A stretch of DNA of 64,000 nucleotides from Thermodesulfobacteriota bacterium (GTDB lineage Bacteria; Desulfobacterota; Desulfarculia; JACQYL01). Positions 19,928 through 30,768 of this stretch are shown one piece after another. Under the pieces are notes generated by a model. That model was given only the letters and a program-made list of their open reading frames with translations. It was not told the origin of the DNA and made no database searches. A program made the translations under genes and the position numbers. The stretch lies in NCBI GenBank assembly GCA_963675595.2, contig CAXXLZ010000002.1, positions 4,288,001 to 4,352,000 of the forward strand, read 5' to 3'. Positions within the stretch are counted from its first letter, which is position 1; each line of letters begins with the position of its first letter.

Positions 19928-20042
19928 ACTAAAACAAAAAAGGGCGCTGTTAGTAACAGCACCCTGGACACAGGGGAATTGAATGTATGTGTGAAGGCTG
20001 ATCGCCTTTTGTGGCTGAATGATAATGCAGGTTGAGGAGTCG

Positions 20043-21092
20043 TCAAGGCACAACCTGAACAACCTCATCAAGCAAAGACTCTATTTCATCCATCCACACA
20101 GGCCATTTATTTTTGGATGTGGTTACATGCTGGTGGATTTCTTTGATAATCATCGATGTTGTTTTTGCAGTTACTATGGCGATATCAGCGTTTATTCTAT
20201 AGAACTTACTCAGTTTGTCATAACCGCCGAATTTGTCCGGAGCAGAGAAAGGTGATGGATGAACGAGTGAATCCCTGAATGGTTTGATAATCTCCAGAAA
20301 TGAGCTTACCAAATCATCATCTTCATTCCAGAGTTCTTTACCTGTCACAATCTTTGGATACTTGATGATTTTATCTCGTATAGTTGTTTGCCCAATATCT
20401 TTAATAAGGGTTTGCTGCCGATTTGATAGAAAACCACAGTTTTCATCGTATTCAGAAAATTGCCACGCGATGCCATTCAAATATGCCTCAACAAGATTAA
20501 AACAACAGATTATAACTGACCTACTGGAATAGCTTTCTTTTCGAATGATGTCTGAAATACCTTCCTTATCCTCAGCAAGTTTTCTCTGTGATGATTTTTG
20601 ATATTTTTCCAATTCTTCATGGCTGGAAATGACCGCTGATAAAGCCTTGTGTAAATCTTTTGCTAAGAAATCTTCTGGGAATTTGAATTGCAGACCCCAT
20701 AATGAAATCACAACCGTTGAATGCGAAGGATAGCCTTTCAATGTGGTAGGATGGATTTTTGAATACTTGTCTTCGAAATCCTTTAGAGGTATCTCTAACC
20801 CTTTGAATGCCTTGATTTCTTCATAAAGCCTGTCAAGGTCATCTACCGTCAAATTCTCAAAATTTCTCACACAGAAGTTTTTTATTTCGCCGGACATCCT
20901 TTTTTTGATGTCAGCAACAGCGGATTTAAGTTGGCGACGTGGTAAAGATTCCAGTTCATCACTATCAGCTTTTAGGAAATCCACCCAGTTATTGAATTCT
21001 CCCAACATAAGCCTGCCGACTGCGGCGGCCCTGTTTGCCCTCCGGATTTTTTCAGCTTCAATTGTACGGCCATGTTTTTTTAATGCGCCCAT
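20043..21092 (-). CDS. AT-rich gene encoding a putative HEPN-domain protein
   Basis: Helical protein with LVEAYLN and RDSLVH (Rx4H). Confidence 0.6.
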   Translation of the reverse strand: MGALKKHGRTIEAEKIRRANRAAAVGRLMLGEFNNWVDFLKADSDELESLPRRQLKSAVADIKKRMSGEIKNFCVRNFENLTVDDLDRLYEEIKAFKGLEIPLKDFEDKYSKIHPTTLKGYPSHSTVVISLWGLQFKFPEDFLAKDLHKALSAVISSHEELEKYQKSSQRKLAEDKEGISDIIRKESYSSRSVIICCFNLVEAYLNGIAWQFSEYDENCGFLSNRQQTLIKDIGQTTIRDKIIKYPKIVTGKELWNEDDDLVSSFLEIIKPFRDSLVHPSPFSAPDKFGGYDKLSKFYRINADIAIVTAKTTSMIIKEIHQHVTTSKNKWPVWMDEIESLLDEVVQVVP

Positions 21093-21173
21093 GCCTAAAA
21101 CTTACTGTGGAATTACGAAAAACACAGCATATACTCTAAGCTTACGTAATATTTATATATTGGCGCCGCCACA

Positions 21174-21368
21174 CTACACCATAGCACAGGCGAACCCGTG
21201 CTCCTCGGGTCTTTCGTCCCGGAAGTACAGGCGGACCGCCGATTGCAGGTTTTCTACGGCTTGGGCGAGCGTCTCCCCTTGGGTCACCACGAAAAGGTCA
21301 TCGCAGGAAGCCACATAGGTGCGACCCTCTCTTCTGATGGTGCCTTTAATCTTGTCCGAAAGGGGCAT
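21174..21368 (-). CDS. hicB: HicB-like antitoxin N-terminal domain
   Basis: YVASC.DL.VVTQGETLAQAVENLQSAVRLY; no hicA seen. Confidence 0.75.
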   Translation of the reverse strand: MPLSDKIKGTIRREGRTYVASCDDLFVVTQGETLAQAVENLQSAVRLYFRDERPEEHGFACAMV

Positions 21369-21513
21369 GCTCGCCTCCATGTGTCCATAAGACACTTTTT
21401 CGAGAAGCCGGGCGACCACGGATGGAATGAGCCCGGACATTCGGGGATACCAAGCGGCGAGTCTGTGGAATTACTTCTACTAAAGGATACGTCCAAGCCG
21501 GCCGTGCGTCAAA

Positions 21514-21690
21514 CGTAAGCATTCATGGGGTCCATGCAGCTTGGCTGGAACCATTGTCACCGCTTGGTTTTTCCCGGCTTGGCAAGCCGATTACCCCACG
21601 GAGCCTCTCCGCCGGAGGCAATGAGGCCCGCTTGAATTTTTTTGAAGGGAGGTCCGGAGGGGGGGACTTTTAAAAAGTTCCCCCCCGTGA
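21514..21690. repeat. MITE/REP-like intergenic repeat (copy also at 26224-26401)
   Basis: cgtaagcattca.ggggtc...gcttggctg...ggagcctctccgccggaggc...ggggactttaaaaagttcccccc. Confidence 0.8.
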
Positions 21691-21722
21691 GCGGATACCT
21701 TGAACGAGCATACTGCGCGCGG

Positions 21723-22316
21723 CTAAAAAAGTCCCAGCGCCTTGCCTCGATCCACCGCATCCGGATATTTCTCCATCAAGCCGTTCAATTCAGCTCCTTC
21801 CTGAACCATCCGAATGTCGTCAATGTGCCAACCGGGAATCACCAAGACCCCGTACAGTCCCCAGTCGTAAATGGGGTGCGGCTTTTTCACGAACCCCATC
21901 CAGGTTCCGGCGGGAATGACCTGCTGCATGACCTGGCCTTTGTCCACTTCCGGTCCTAGAACGATTTCAGCCCAGGAACCGTCGGGGTAAAGCAGCATCT
22001 GGATCATGGGAGCGCCGGAGTGATAGAGCAGGATCTCGTCGGAAGAGATGATATGCCACGGATCGATGGGCACATCGGGCGTCATCAGGTAATAAATCAA
22101 AGAGGCGGCGGATCGATCCTTGGGGCTGTCGGCCTTGATGGTCGATTCATAGGTGGGGAGAAAATAGCCGGGACAGGCCTCATCGGACATAGGTCGTAAT
22201 TGCAGGCTTTCAATGACTTGTTGCGTCGTCAGGTGGGGAGGTTCAGGATTACTCGCGCAGCCGTGCAGAAAGATGCCGGCCATGGCGGACAGGGCGATGA
22301 TGGTCCATACTCTCAT
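21723..22316 (-). CDS. Cupin_5 (DUF985)-like lipoprotein
   Basis: Lipobox LHGC; SLIYYLM...WH...SDEI..YHSG.P...QVIPAGTW. Confidence 0.8.
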   Translation of the reverse strand: MRVWTIIALSAMAGIFLHGCASNPEPPHLTTQQVIESLQLRPMSDEACPGYFLPTYESTIKADSPKDRSAASLIYYLMTPDVPIDPWHIISSDEILLYHSGAPMIQMLLYPDGSWAEIVLGPEVDKGQVMQQVIPAGTWMGFVKKPHPIYDWGLYGVLVIPGWHIDDIRMVQEGAELNGLMEKYPDAVDRGKALGLF

Positions 22317-24886
22317 AGGCTCCTCGGATTGCCGAATTTGTCGATATTGACGTCAACGGCGTAGATGTCGGGCCGGTAGTCCATTCCCCGATTGAACGCG
22401 GCGACGGCGCCCCCCAGGACACAAAACAGTTCCTCGAAAACCCCGTCGATGACTTCGGCGGGGACCCCATAATACAGGAAATTAATGGGCATGGAGTCGC
22501 CGAGCAAATACACGTCCTTGTAAGGATGGTCGAGGGTCAAGCCGGAAACGGCCTCGGGATTCGCAAATGTGATTCGTATGCGATGTCCCTGCAGCATTCC
22601 TTTTTGCGGATCCTTGATGGGACTGGTTTCAAGAGATACGGGCCGGCCGTCTATGCGGGGCGCGTCGGACCGGGTCAACTCCCCGAGCCAGGCCGTAAGG
22701 TGGGCGAATTCAACCGTTTTGGTGGACCCGCTGGCAAAGAACAGTTCTCCGGCCACCCCGTGCAACAACAGCTTTTCAAAGAACGGTTGTTGAAGAACCG
22801 AAACCCCGGTCATGCCAATAAAAAGATCCAGGTTTTGCCACACTTCGCGCGGCATGTCGTCGATTTGAGCAAACTCGGCAGGTCCTTTGGACAAGGGTTC
22901 CACTTTTAGATCAAGACCATAAGCCCCCCCGTAGGAAACCCGAGCGGTACAGGCCTTCAGCAAATAGTGTCCAATATTCCCTCGAGAACCCAAAACGAGG
23001 ATGTTTCGATGCATGATGCATTTGCCCAAACCATGGAAAATGGACTCCACCGCATTCAGGATGGAGTAGGCGCATGATTCCGCTTCATTGATATTCTTAT
23101 AGTTGGAAAGGGCGATGGTGAAGGCGGGAATGTAAAGTGCGCCGCATTCCTTTTCCATGTCGCGCAATTGGTAGTATCCATTGATGGTATGTTCAAAGGT
23201 GGCGGGCATGATCTCCCGCACCCAGTCTCGGAACAAGGCCGTCAATGGCGCATTGGGCGGTGGTTCGACTTCACAGAAGGTCAAAACCTCACCGAGCGTT
23301 TTGCCTTCATGGCAGAACCGGTTCAATATCGATGCGATATAGCCGCCGTCTTCAATGACGAACAGCTTCCGTTTCTCGTTCTTGGCCGGAAAGGCTTCTC
23401 TGAAAAAGAGGTGCAGGGCGGAAAACCGCATAGAATCAAGATAATCTCCCCGGCGAACGCGCAGCGCGGCGTCCAGATTTTCGAGCCCGGTGATGGGTGA
23501 ATATTGCCGCGAAAGAATATAGGCCCCTTGAATCGTATCTCGAAGTTCCACCCGCTGTAACCCATAAAACTTGAAAGATTCATCGGGCATACTCAGCATG
23601 TCTTCGATGATCGCGTCGGGAACAATCCCGCTGTAGCGAATGAACAGGGTGGTGACCGCGTTGCAGTCCGCTTCCTGCAATGCCTTGATGAAGCCGAGTA
23701 CTTCAGCCGTTGCATGGTGGATCAGCAGAACGCGATAGTCCTTAAGGGAGGATACCGGTCTGTTCCGAACCGTTTGATGGAGCTGAGGCATTCGTTTCAG
23801 GTGGGCGAGCATGTCGGGTTGCTTTCGCGGCTCGCCGATACTGATGTTCAGCATGGCGCCTTTACGGGAAATATCGAAATAAATTCGGTCCTTGCCATCC
23901 AACATTTCCAGTACGTTGCCGGCGGATAAGATCCGAATCACATATTCATCTTCCAGCAGCAAAAGAATCTTGGCGAGCACCGTGGCAAAGGCGGTATTGT
24001 TCTGCAGCAGAAGCAGCTCGGCGGTCTCCTGGGTCCATCGGAAAACCACGCCGGAAACCTCGGTTAAGCCCGCGGAGATGAGAAGATCGAAAAGCACCGG
24101 TTGTCTTCCGGGTATTTCCATGTATTCATTTTGCTGGTTCTGGCACTCACGATGAATGCCGGTGAAAATCTGTTCCACCATGGTGTTGATATCTTGTTGA
24201 TAGTGGAGCCGCCCCGTGTCTTTCACCGTCTGGTGAGGAATGCGTTTTAGGAACAGTCGAGACTCGGCCGAATCTTCAATGGTGAACCGCAGGAATCGGC
24301 CCTTTTCATCATATTCCAGAAGAAAAAAGTAGTTATTGGGCCGGCCGGATTCGTTGTGGAAGGGAAAGTGCAATGCCGTCCGCCGATCACCCGAGTCGGC
24401 ACCGTGAGCATTCTCCGACAGACCGAATCCATTCGGGAAAATCAGTTTTCCCCATTTAGGGGTTTGCAGCGCGTCAAATACCAGCCGTAAATGTTCCACA
24501 AAGTGTTCCCGGGCTTCCACCAGGTGTCGCACCACCGTCCTGCGCGCGTAGATCACCACGTGATCCACCCCAAGAGACGCCAATTCCGGCGTACTGTCGG
24601 AATCCACCACCACCTGGGTCAACACGTCCGTGGTGGATTTACAACAGTTTTCCATGGTCTGTTTCGCCAGGTAACCCACAAAGGCGGGAATACCCGCAAA
24701 GACGCGCACCCCACTGATATCGATGAGAAAGCGGCCGTCCTCGGGTTCCATCAGAGGCACTCCGAGTGTCGTGAGAACCGGACCCCTCTGAACAACCGGC
24801 TGTTTCTTCGCCTTTGCAAACCGTTCCGCGCGAATCAGATTGTTCAGAATGGATCCGATTTGCTTCCCATCCGTTTCCTGAACCAT
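22313..24886 (-). CDS. Large protein with divergent adenosylhomocysteinase-like C-terminal half
   Basis: IEDGGY / EHTING / PAFTIALSNYK / VLGSRGNIG / LLGDSMPINF in the same order as AHCY motifs. Confidence 0.6.
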   Translation of the reverse strand: MVQETDGKQIGSILNNLIRAERFAKAKKQPVVQRGPVLTTLGVPLMEPEDGRFLIDISGVRVFAGIPAFVGYLAKQTMENCCKSTTDVLTQVVVDSDSTPELASLGVDHVVIYARRTVVRHLVEAREHFVEHLRLVFDALQTPKWGKLIFPNGFGLSENAHGADSGDRRTALHFPFHNESGRPNNYFFLLEYDEKGRFLRFTIEDSAESRLFLKRIPHQTVKDTGRLHYQQDINTMVEQIFTGIHRECQNQQNEYMEIPGRQPVLFDLLISAGLTEVSGVVFRWTQETAELLLLQNNTAFATVLAKILLLLEDEYVIRILSAGNVLEMLDGKDRIYFDISRKGAMLNISIGEPRKQPDMLAHLKRMPQLHQTVRNRPVSSLKDYRVLLIHHATAEVLGFIKALQEADCNAVTTLFIRYSGIVPDAIIEDMLSMPDESFKFYGLQRVELRDTIQGAYILSRQYSPITGLENLDAALRVRRGDYLDSMRFSALHLFFREAFPAKNEKRKLFVIEDGGYIASILNRFCHEGKTLGEVLTFCEVEPPPNAPLTALFRDWVREIMPATFEHTINGYYQLRDMEKECGALYIPAFTIALSNYKNINEAESCAYSILNAVESIFHGLGKCIMHRNILVLGSRGNIGHYLLKACTARVSYGGAYGLDLKVEPLSKGPAEFAQIDDMPREVWQNLDLFIGMTGVSVLQQPFFEKLLLHGVAGELFFASGSTKTVEFAHLTAWLGELTRSDAPRIDGRPVSLETSPIKDPQKGMLQGHRIRITFANPEAVSGLTLDHPYKDVYLLGDSMPINFLYYGVPAEVIDGVFEELFCVLGGAVAAFNRGMDYRPDIYAVDVNIDKFGNPRSL

Positions 24887-24894
24887 GTCAAAAC

Positions 24895-25947
24895 CTATTC
24901 ATCTTCCAAAACGTTCCGCCGTAAATCGGCGGCTTTTTGTTTGAGCTGTTTGAAATAATCGGTGCCCGTAATCTTCTTCAATTCCGTCTTTTGCCTCTTA
25001 TGGTCTATTTCTATTCTTAACTCGGTCACTTGGCGTTTTAATTCGGTTTCACGTCGTCTCACCGCCTGTATCATGGTGTCAAATACCGTCGCCAAGGTTC
25101 CCAGTTCGTCGGAACGAGAAATAATATTCCGCAAAAGGGATACATTGGCGTAATCGCCGGCGGCCACCTCTTCGGCCACGTTGGTCAGCACGACCACCGG
25201 CCCCGTGATTTTCCTTGCAAATACGGCTGATACCAGCAGCCCAATGATCAACACGAAAAGGGTCACAACGCCGAGGATATACAGCTCCTCAACCCTGAGG
25301 TCATATTGCATGCTGATCAGAACATTGCACAACCAGGTAGCCAGCACGGTAAAGATCAGGAGATAATACACAATCATAATGGTACGGAGCTCTATGCGAA
25401 TGCTCAGCAACCCGGCGAATCTCATGAAGACGGGCACAAGGATAAAGGCCCACAGGGTATCCGCGATAAAAATGGGCAGGAAGAGCTGAAAAACGGCATT
25501 ATGGAAGGATATATTTCCTTGCCGCATCTCGACGCCGATGGAAATCATAAACGGAACGCTGGATGCGGCGAGCAAAAGGCCCAGCAAGATCCCGAAGGCC
25601 CGAATCGAAGTGACCTGTTGCGCGCGCCAATATCGTATCAAGCCCGGAATCAATCCCATGAGTCCGTTTGCAAAGCTCCAATAGGGCGCAAAGAAAAAGC
25701 CCTTGCCTCCCATGGCGTACCCCAGCATATCCCCCAAGCCGCCGCTGCAGAACCCCGCCAAGGGACCGTATAGAATCCCCATGAACATGGGAACGGCCAC
25801 CTGGGGACGGAATTCCGCAAAAGTACACCCCGGCAGGTAATATTTCCCGGACAGGAAATTGGCGAATCCGTAGAAGCAGCCGACCAAAAGGCAAATGGCC
25901 GTCTTGTTGATGAAGGATTTAGGAGTGTGGTCCGGCATTCGGTTCAT
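24895..25947 (-). CDS. ECF S-component-like membrane domain + HAMP + coiled-coil tail (start uncertain)
   Basis: FRPQVAVPMFMGILYGPLAGF..GGLGD; HAMP ITGPV..L...RSDELGTLATVFDTM. Confidence 0.8.
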   Translation of the reverse strand: MNRMPDHTPKSFINKTAICLLVGCFYGFANFLSGKYYLPGCTFAEFRPQVAVPMFMGILYGPLAGFCSGGLGDMLGYAMGGKGFFFAPYWSFANGLMGLIPGLIRYWRAQQVTSIRAFGILLGLLLAASSVPFMISIGVEMRQGNISFHNAVFQLFLPIFIADTLWAFILVPVFMRFAGLLSIRIELRTIMIVYYLLIFTVLATWLCNVLISMQYDLRVEELYILGVVTLFVLIIGLLVSAVFARKITGPVVVLTNVAEEVAAGDYANVSLLRNIISRSDELGTLATVFDTMIQAVRRRETELKRQVTELRIEIDHKRQKTELKKITGTDYFKQLKQKAADLRRNVLEDE

Positions 25948-25996
25948 GGTGTGCGCCCATGGGCTGAATCCAAAAGAAGAAGATGGTATCATTCAC

Positions 25997-26081
25997 GGGG
26001 GAGGACTTTCGGGAAAGTCCTCCCCCGAACCCCTTCCCAAAGCATGTTGGACAGGCCTCACCGCCTTCGGCGGAGAGGCTG
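25997..26081. repeat. REP-like palindromes, also near 27305, 28121, 30687, 32754, 38659, 63037
   Basis: gggggaggactttcgggaaagtcctccccc and gcctcaccgccttcggcggagaggc hairpins recur between genes. Confidence 0.8.
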
Positions 26082-26223
26082 AGGAAGAAATGAGGCTTCC
26101 TCACCAATTCCCAACGTTTCCTGCATCTGCTGAATCGGCAGAGATATTCCCAAGTTCGGCGTTGCCCCCTTAGGGACGGAGCCTGCATCGGCAAGGAGGT
26201 CCGAGGTGCCGTCCTCGGGGAAC

Positions 26224-26401
26224 CGTAAGCATTCACGGGGTCAATACAGCTTGGCTGCAAGCATTGTCACCGCTTGGTCTTTCCCGGCTTGGTAAGCCGC
26301 TTACCGCACGGAGCCTCTCCGCCGGAGGCGGTGAGGCCTGCTTAAATTTTTTTGAAGGGGGGCTCGGGGGGGGAACTTTATAAAAAGTTCCCCCCCCGTG
26401 A
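26224..26401. repeat. MITE/REP-like repeat, second copy
   Basis: Homologous to 21514-21690. Confidence 0.8.
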
Positions 26402-26428
26402 ACGATTCCTCTTCCTGAATGAACACCT

Positions 26429-27184
26429 CTACCCAATCAAGGCTTCGGCCACCTGTTGAAGTTCCAAGGTAATGGGGTGTTCGGGGTAACGAATGGCGAA
26501 AACGCCCTGGCTGGCAAGAGTCATCATCTCGTCGGAGTGCGGTATGATGGCGGCCACGGGGCATCCATAAGTGTCTTCCACCATTTGACGAATTTGTTGG
26601 GCGTCAAACGTTGCCGGGACCTTGTTCACCAAAATCATCATTTTCGGAACATCCAGTTCTTTGGCCACCTCGATGGTCAAGCCCGTGCCTTGATAATCCT
26701 GATAATCCGGCCGCATGACCACCAGAACCGCATTGGAGATGGCAATGGAAAGCAGGGTTTCTTCATTTAAACCCGGATGCGTATCGATGATCAGGATATC
26801 CAAATGAAACGCTTTAATCAGTTCAGTGAAGCCTTGACTGAGAAGGTTTACATCATATCCGTCGTGCAGTACCTGCGCAATATCGGAAGCGTTAAGGCTC
26901 GACGGAACCAGATAGACGCAGCCCGAAATGTTGCCTCCAATCGAAGAAGTAACATCATAGGCGGCTTGTTCGATGGTGCACTGTCCCCATAAATAATCAT
27001 TCAGGGAATAGTCTATTTCATCTCTCCCCACATTGAAAATAACATGTATGCCGGGCGATTGAATGTCGGTGTCCAGGACCCCGACCCGTAATCCTTTTTG
27101 GGCATAAACGGCCGCCAGGTTGCCGGAAGTATTGGATTTTCCCGTGCCGCCGCGAAAGGAATGCACTGAAATGATGTGCGCCAT
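26429..27184 (-). CDS. MinD/ParA-family ATPase
   Basis: HSFRGGTGKS deviant Walker A, DTDIQSPG, IIDTHPG, VNK. Confidence 0.92.
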   Translation of the reverse strand: MAHIISVHSFRGGTGKSNTSGNLAAVYAQKGLRVGVLDTDIQSPGIHVIFNVGRDEIDYSLNDYLWGQCTIEQAAYDVTSSIGGNISGCVYLVPSSLNASDIAQVLHDGYDVNLLSQGFTELIKAFHLDILIIDTHPGLNEETLLSIAISNAVLVVMRPDYQDYQGTGLTIEVAKELDVPKMMILVNKVPATFDAQQIRQMVEDTYGCPVAAIIPHSDEMMTLASQGVFAIRYPEHPITLELQQVAEALIG

Positions 27185-28345
27185 CTGAAGAGCCTCTATT
27201 TCTCGAAACCAAACCGAACAAAAGACGATATGGGCTGGTGCGGGATTTCAATGTGTTGCCGAATGACTTGTTGCGCATGAGGCCGGCATGAGGTACGCAT
27301 TGGCGGGGGAGGACTTTCGAGAAAGTCCTCCCCCGCGCCCCCTCCCAAAGCACTTTGGGCGGGCCTCACCGCCTTCGGCGGAGAGGCGCATCGCTGCATG
27401 TCTTGTGAACGGCGAAAGCACCGTCGTATGATGATCGGCAATATTTGGGCAATCATTCACGTGAGGAACTCGTCTATTGTAGGGGCAGGCCACAGTGCCT
27501 GCCCAAGAGACGGCCGAAGGCCCACCTTTTTCGCTGTACCCCCAAGGTCACCCTGTGAATACGAACGAATTGAGGAACTCGCATTGTGACCATTCACAGG
27601 GAAAGGAACTTTTGTATTTGTTCCCCGGGTCCACCTGCGAAGGCATGAATTTTTCGTAGAGAAGCTGTGACGGCGTGGGGTTTCGGATTAGGGCGCAAAG
27701 TTCCGGCGCACCCCGCCTCACCGTTCGCCGAGCCTCACCGGGCTGTCTTTCGAGGGATTCCTCCACAGAAGAATCCGTACTCGGTATCGTTCGACGGTGG
27801 CAGGCTACAGCCTTCGGATTGATCGGGTCAATCTCTTTCCGGTTGATTTCAGCCCTGAAGGGTTGGAAGAGCGTTCCGGACAAGACTGGATTCGTTTCCC
27901 ATGCCCTTCAGCCGAGCGCTTGGATTGGCATTCATTCCCGCTTTGGGGCATTCCCATGATGCGGGCTCCGTCTCTAGCCGGACAAAACCGAACCTGAGAG
28001 CATTCTTGCCGAGTCGGTAGAGGTAAGGACCGTTGGGAATGGGTGAAGAAACCTGATTTCTGCCTCAGGCTCTCCGCTGAAGATGATGAGGACTGTCCAA
28101 GGTGCCTTGTGAGGGTGCCCGGGGGAGGGCTTTCTCGAAAGTCCTTCCCTGTGAATGCCGACCACTGAGCGGTGCGGGCAGCCTCCCGAGCATTGGTTCC
28201 CCGGAAAGTCTTCTTCCTTCGGATTCATGCCGAATCATTGTCCAATCCATTGGACGAACCCCGTTTTCGTCAAGGAAACTTGTCAATGCCGAGAAATGAG
28301 GAGGCTGTCTTGGTCACACCGCATATCCGAATATAATATCGTGCT

Positions 28346-28789
28346 TCAGTAGGAGTTGCTTTGGCTCCCAACGTATTGATTGAAATGGAGAGCGGACTGT
28401 AATGCGTCGGGATAACACTGAAAGTTGTCGCACCAAGTGCTTATTATTATTTGATATCGGCCGTTTCCAACAGGCTCCTTGATGACCGTGGCCGCTAATT
28501 TGGTGGAATACTCAGGGGGACCGTAGGTTTCGATAATCGTATCCGTAACGATCTGAATCTTCATTCTGCAGTTGCGGGCAACCCATATCTGCGCGGCGCT
28601 CCACTTATTCGCGCAGTCCATTTCGTCGTAACAGATGGGTATGGTATTCTGAAATTGTTGCCTCATTTGCGTTGCTCTGCGATTGGCTGCGCAACCGGAG
28701 AGAACGGAAACGAAGGACAGGAAGAGCAGAAGCCAAGATAGGTTGAGAAGCCCAACAGGAGTTGCTGATTTTGTCTGCCTTCGAGTCAT
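28346..28789 (-). CDS. Cys-containing lipoprotein
   Basis: Lipobox LSGC. Confidence 0.7.
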   Translation of the reverse strand: MTRRQTKSATPVGLLNLSWLLLFLSFVSVLSGCAANRRATQMRQQFQNTIPICYDEMDCANKWSAAQIWVARNCRMKIQIVTDTIIETYGPPEYSTKLAATVIKEPVGNGRYQIIISTWCDNFQCYPDALQSALHFNQYVGSQSNSY

Positions 28790-29357
28790 GCCGTACTCCT
28801 CGTCGGTTTGGGTTTGCAGGTTTCCTTGGGTTCATTCGCAGCGTATACGCAGGTGCAATAACAGGATGTAGGTGGGTGCAGGAAAGGCTTCTAGTCCTGT
28901 CAGCCCGTTGAAAACGGCTGGTTATAGGGTTTTCCGCGATGCTGAACCTATTCGCCTGTGCCCGGATCGTTTTCGACCATCCGTGCGCCATCTTACACAG
29001 GAAAAGGAGGACGCAGTCAATTGGGAATTCCCGTCATTTTTTGAGGAGTTTTCCCAACGTTCCGTGGGCCGGTCCATTCGCCCATGCCGACGTAACGGCC
29101 TTTCTCCTGTCCCTTGCCCACGAGGAGAAACCGATCCCAACTCCTCACTACTCCGCCCAATCGCAAACCCCGTCCGACAAGAACCCCCGACACCCCCGCC
29201 CGGTCCTGTCGCCGAACCACCCATTGTACCCGGCCGCTCGATGGGTTACTCTGCAAACTCCTCATGATTGGAAACGCAATGACCGATGGGATTTCAGACC
29301 CACGTGGAGACGAATGCGGTAAATCCGGCCCGGAACCCCATCCACAGGAGCCTACAT

Positions 29358-30659
29358 ATGTACCGAAAAGCCTACTCGGAAAAGCTCATGTCCCCGGAAC
29401 AGGCCGTCTCCTTGGTCCCCGGGGGCGCCACCCTGGTCCACGGAATGGCCGCCGCGGAACCGCCCGCTCTGCTGGGGGCCCTGGCGGACCGTGTGCGAGC
29501 CGGGGACGTCAAGGACCTGTATATCTTCTCGTTGCTCCCCATGGCCACGGCGGCCAAGACCATCCTCGCTCCAGATATTGCGGACCAGGTTTCCGCCTAT
29601 ACCTGGTTCGTGAGCCCGTCGGACCGGAACACGGTGAAGAGCGGGTTGTCCTGCTTCGTACCCAACAACTTCCATGAAGTGCCGAGGCTGTGCAGCGAAT
29701 TCATGGACATCGACGTGACCCTCACCACGGTGTCCCCCATGGACAAGGCGGGCTTTTTTTCCTTCGGCGCGGTGAACGACTACATTTCCACGGCCGCCCG
29801 TCACTGCAAAAGACTCATTGTGGAGGTGAACGAGAACATGCCTCGCGTGTTCGGCGACTCCCTGCTGCACATCTCCGAGGTGGACGCCGTGGTGGAGCAC
29901 AATTCCCCTCTGCTCGAACTCTCTCCCTCCAAGCCCTCGGAAGAGGACAAGGTTGTGGCGCGGCGCGTGGCGGAACTGGTGCCCGACGGAGCCACCCTGC
30001 AGTTGGGCATCGGGGGCATTCCCAACGCGACGTGCGCCTTTCTGGAAGACCGCCGGGACCTGGGGGTCCATTCCGAGCTGTTCTGTCCGGGCATGATGGA
30101 CCTCATCCGCAAAGGCGTGATCACCGGCGCTCGAAAGGCCCTGCACCCGCGCAAGCACGTGTTCACCAATGCCCTGGGCACCCGGGAAATGTACGACTTC
30201 ATCCACGACAACCCGAGCATGGAGAGCTACCCGGTGTCCTATATCAACGATCCCGCGGTCATCGCGCGCAACGATCGATTCATCAGCATCAACGCCACTA
30301 TCGAAGTGGACCTGCTGGGTCAGTGCAATTCCGAGTATCTGGGAGACACGCAATACAGCGGCACCGGGGGACAACTGGACTTCGTGCGCGGGGCCTTTAA
30401 TTCAAAGGGAGGCAAATCCATTATCGCGTTTCGCTCCACCGCCAAAAACGGGGAAGTCTCCCGCATCGTTCCGAGCCTCGAAAGCGGCGCCGTGGTCACC
30501 GTGCCCCGCATGGACACCCAGTACCTGGCCACGGAATACGGGGTGACCCAGCTCAAAGGCAAATCCACCCGCGATCGGGCCCTGGAAATCATCAACCTGG
30601 CGCATCCCAAGTTCCGGGACGGGCTCCTCCGGGAAGCCGAGGACCGACGTATCGTGTAG
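29358..30659 (+). CDS. Acetyl-CoA hydrolase/transferase (4-hydroxybutyrate CoA-transferase-like)
   Basis: TLQLGIGGIPNA, LGVHSE, SGTGGQLDFVRGA, TEYG...LAHPKFR. Confidence 0.93.
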   Translation: MYRKAYSEKLMSPEQAVSLVPGGATLVHGMAAAEPPALLGALADRVRAGDVKDLYIFSLLPMATAAKTILAPDIADQVSAYTWFVSPSDRNTVKSGLSCFVPNNFHEVPRLCSEFMDIDVTLTTVSPMDKAGFFSFGAVNDYISTAARHCKRLIVEVNENMPRVFGDSLLHISEVDAVVEHNSPLLELSPSKPSEEDKVVARRVAELVPDGATLQLGIGGIPNATCAFLEDRRDLGVHSELFCPGMMDLIRKGVITGARKALHPRKHVFTNALGTREMYDFIHDNPSMESYPVSYINDPAVIARNDRFISINATIEVDLLGQCNSEYLGDTQYSGTGGQLDFVRGAFNSKGGKSIIAFRSTAKNGEVSRIVPSLESGAVVTVPRMDTQYLATEYGVTQLKGKSTRDRALEIINLAHPKFRDGLLREAEDRRIV

Positions 30660-30768
30660 GGAACGCACGGATAGTCCGATATGCACGGGGGAAGACTTTC
30701 GAGAAAGTCTTCCCCCGCACCCCGCTGATGCGGGCTCCGTCCCCGGCGGGACGAAGCCGATTGCGATG

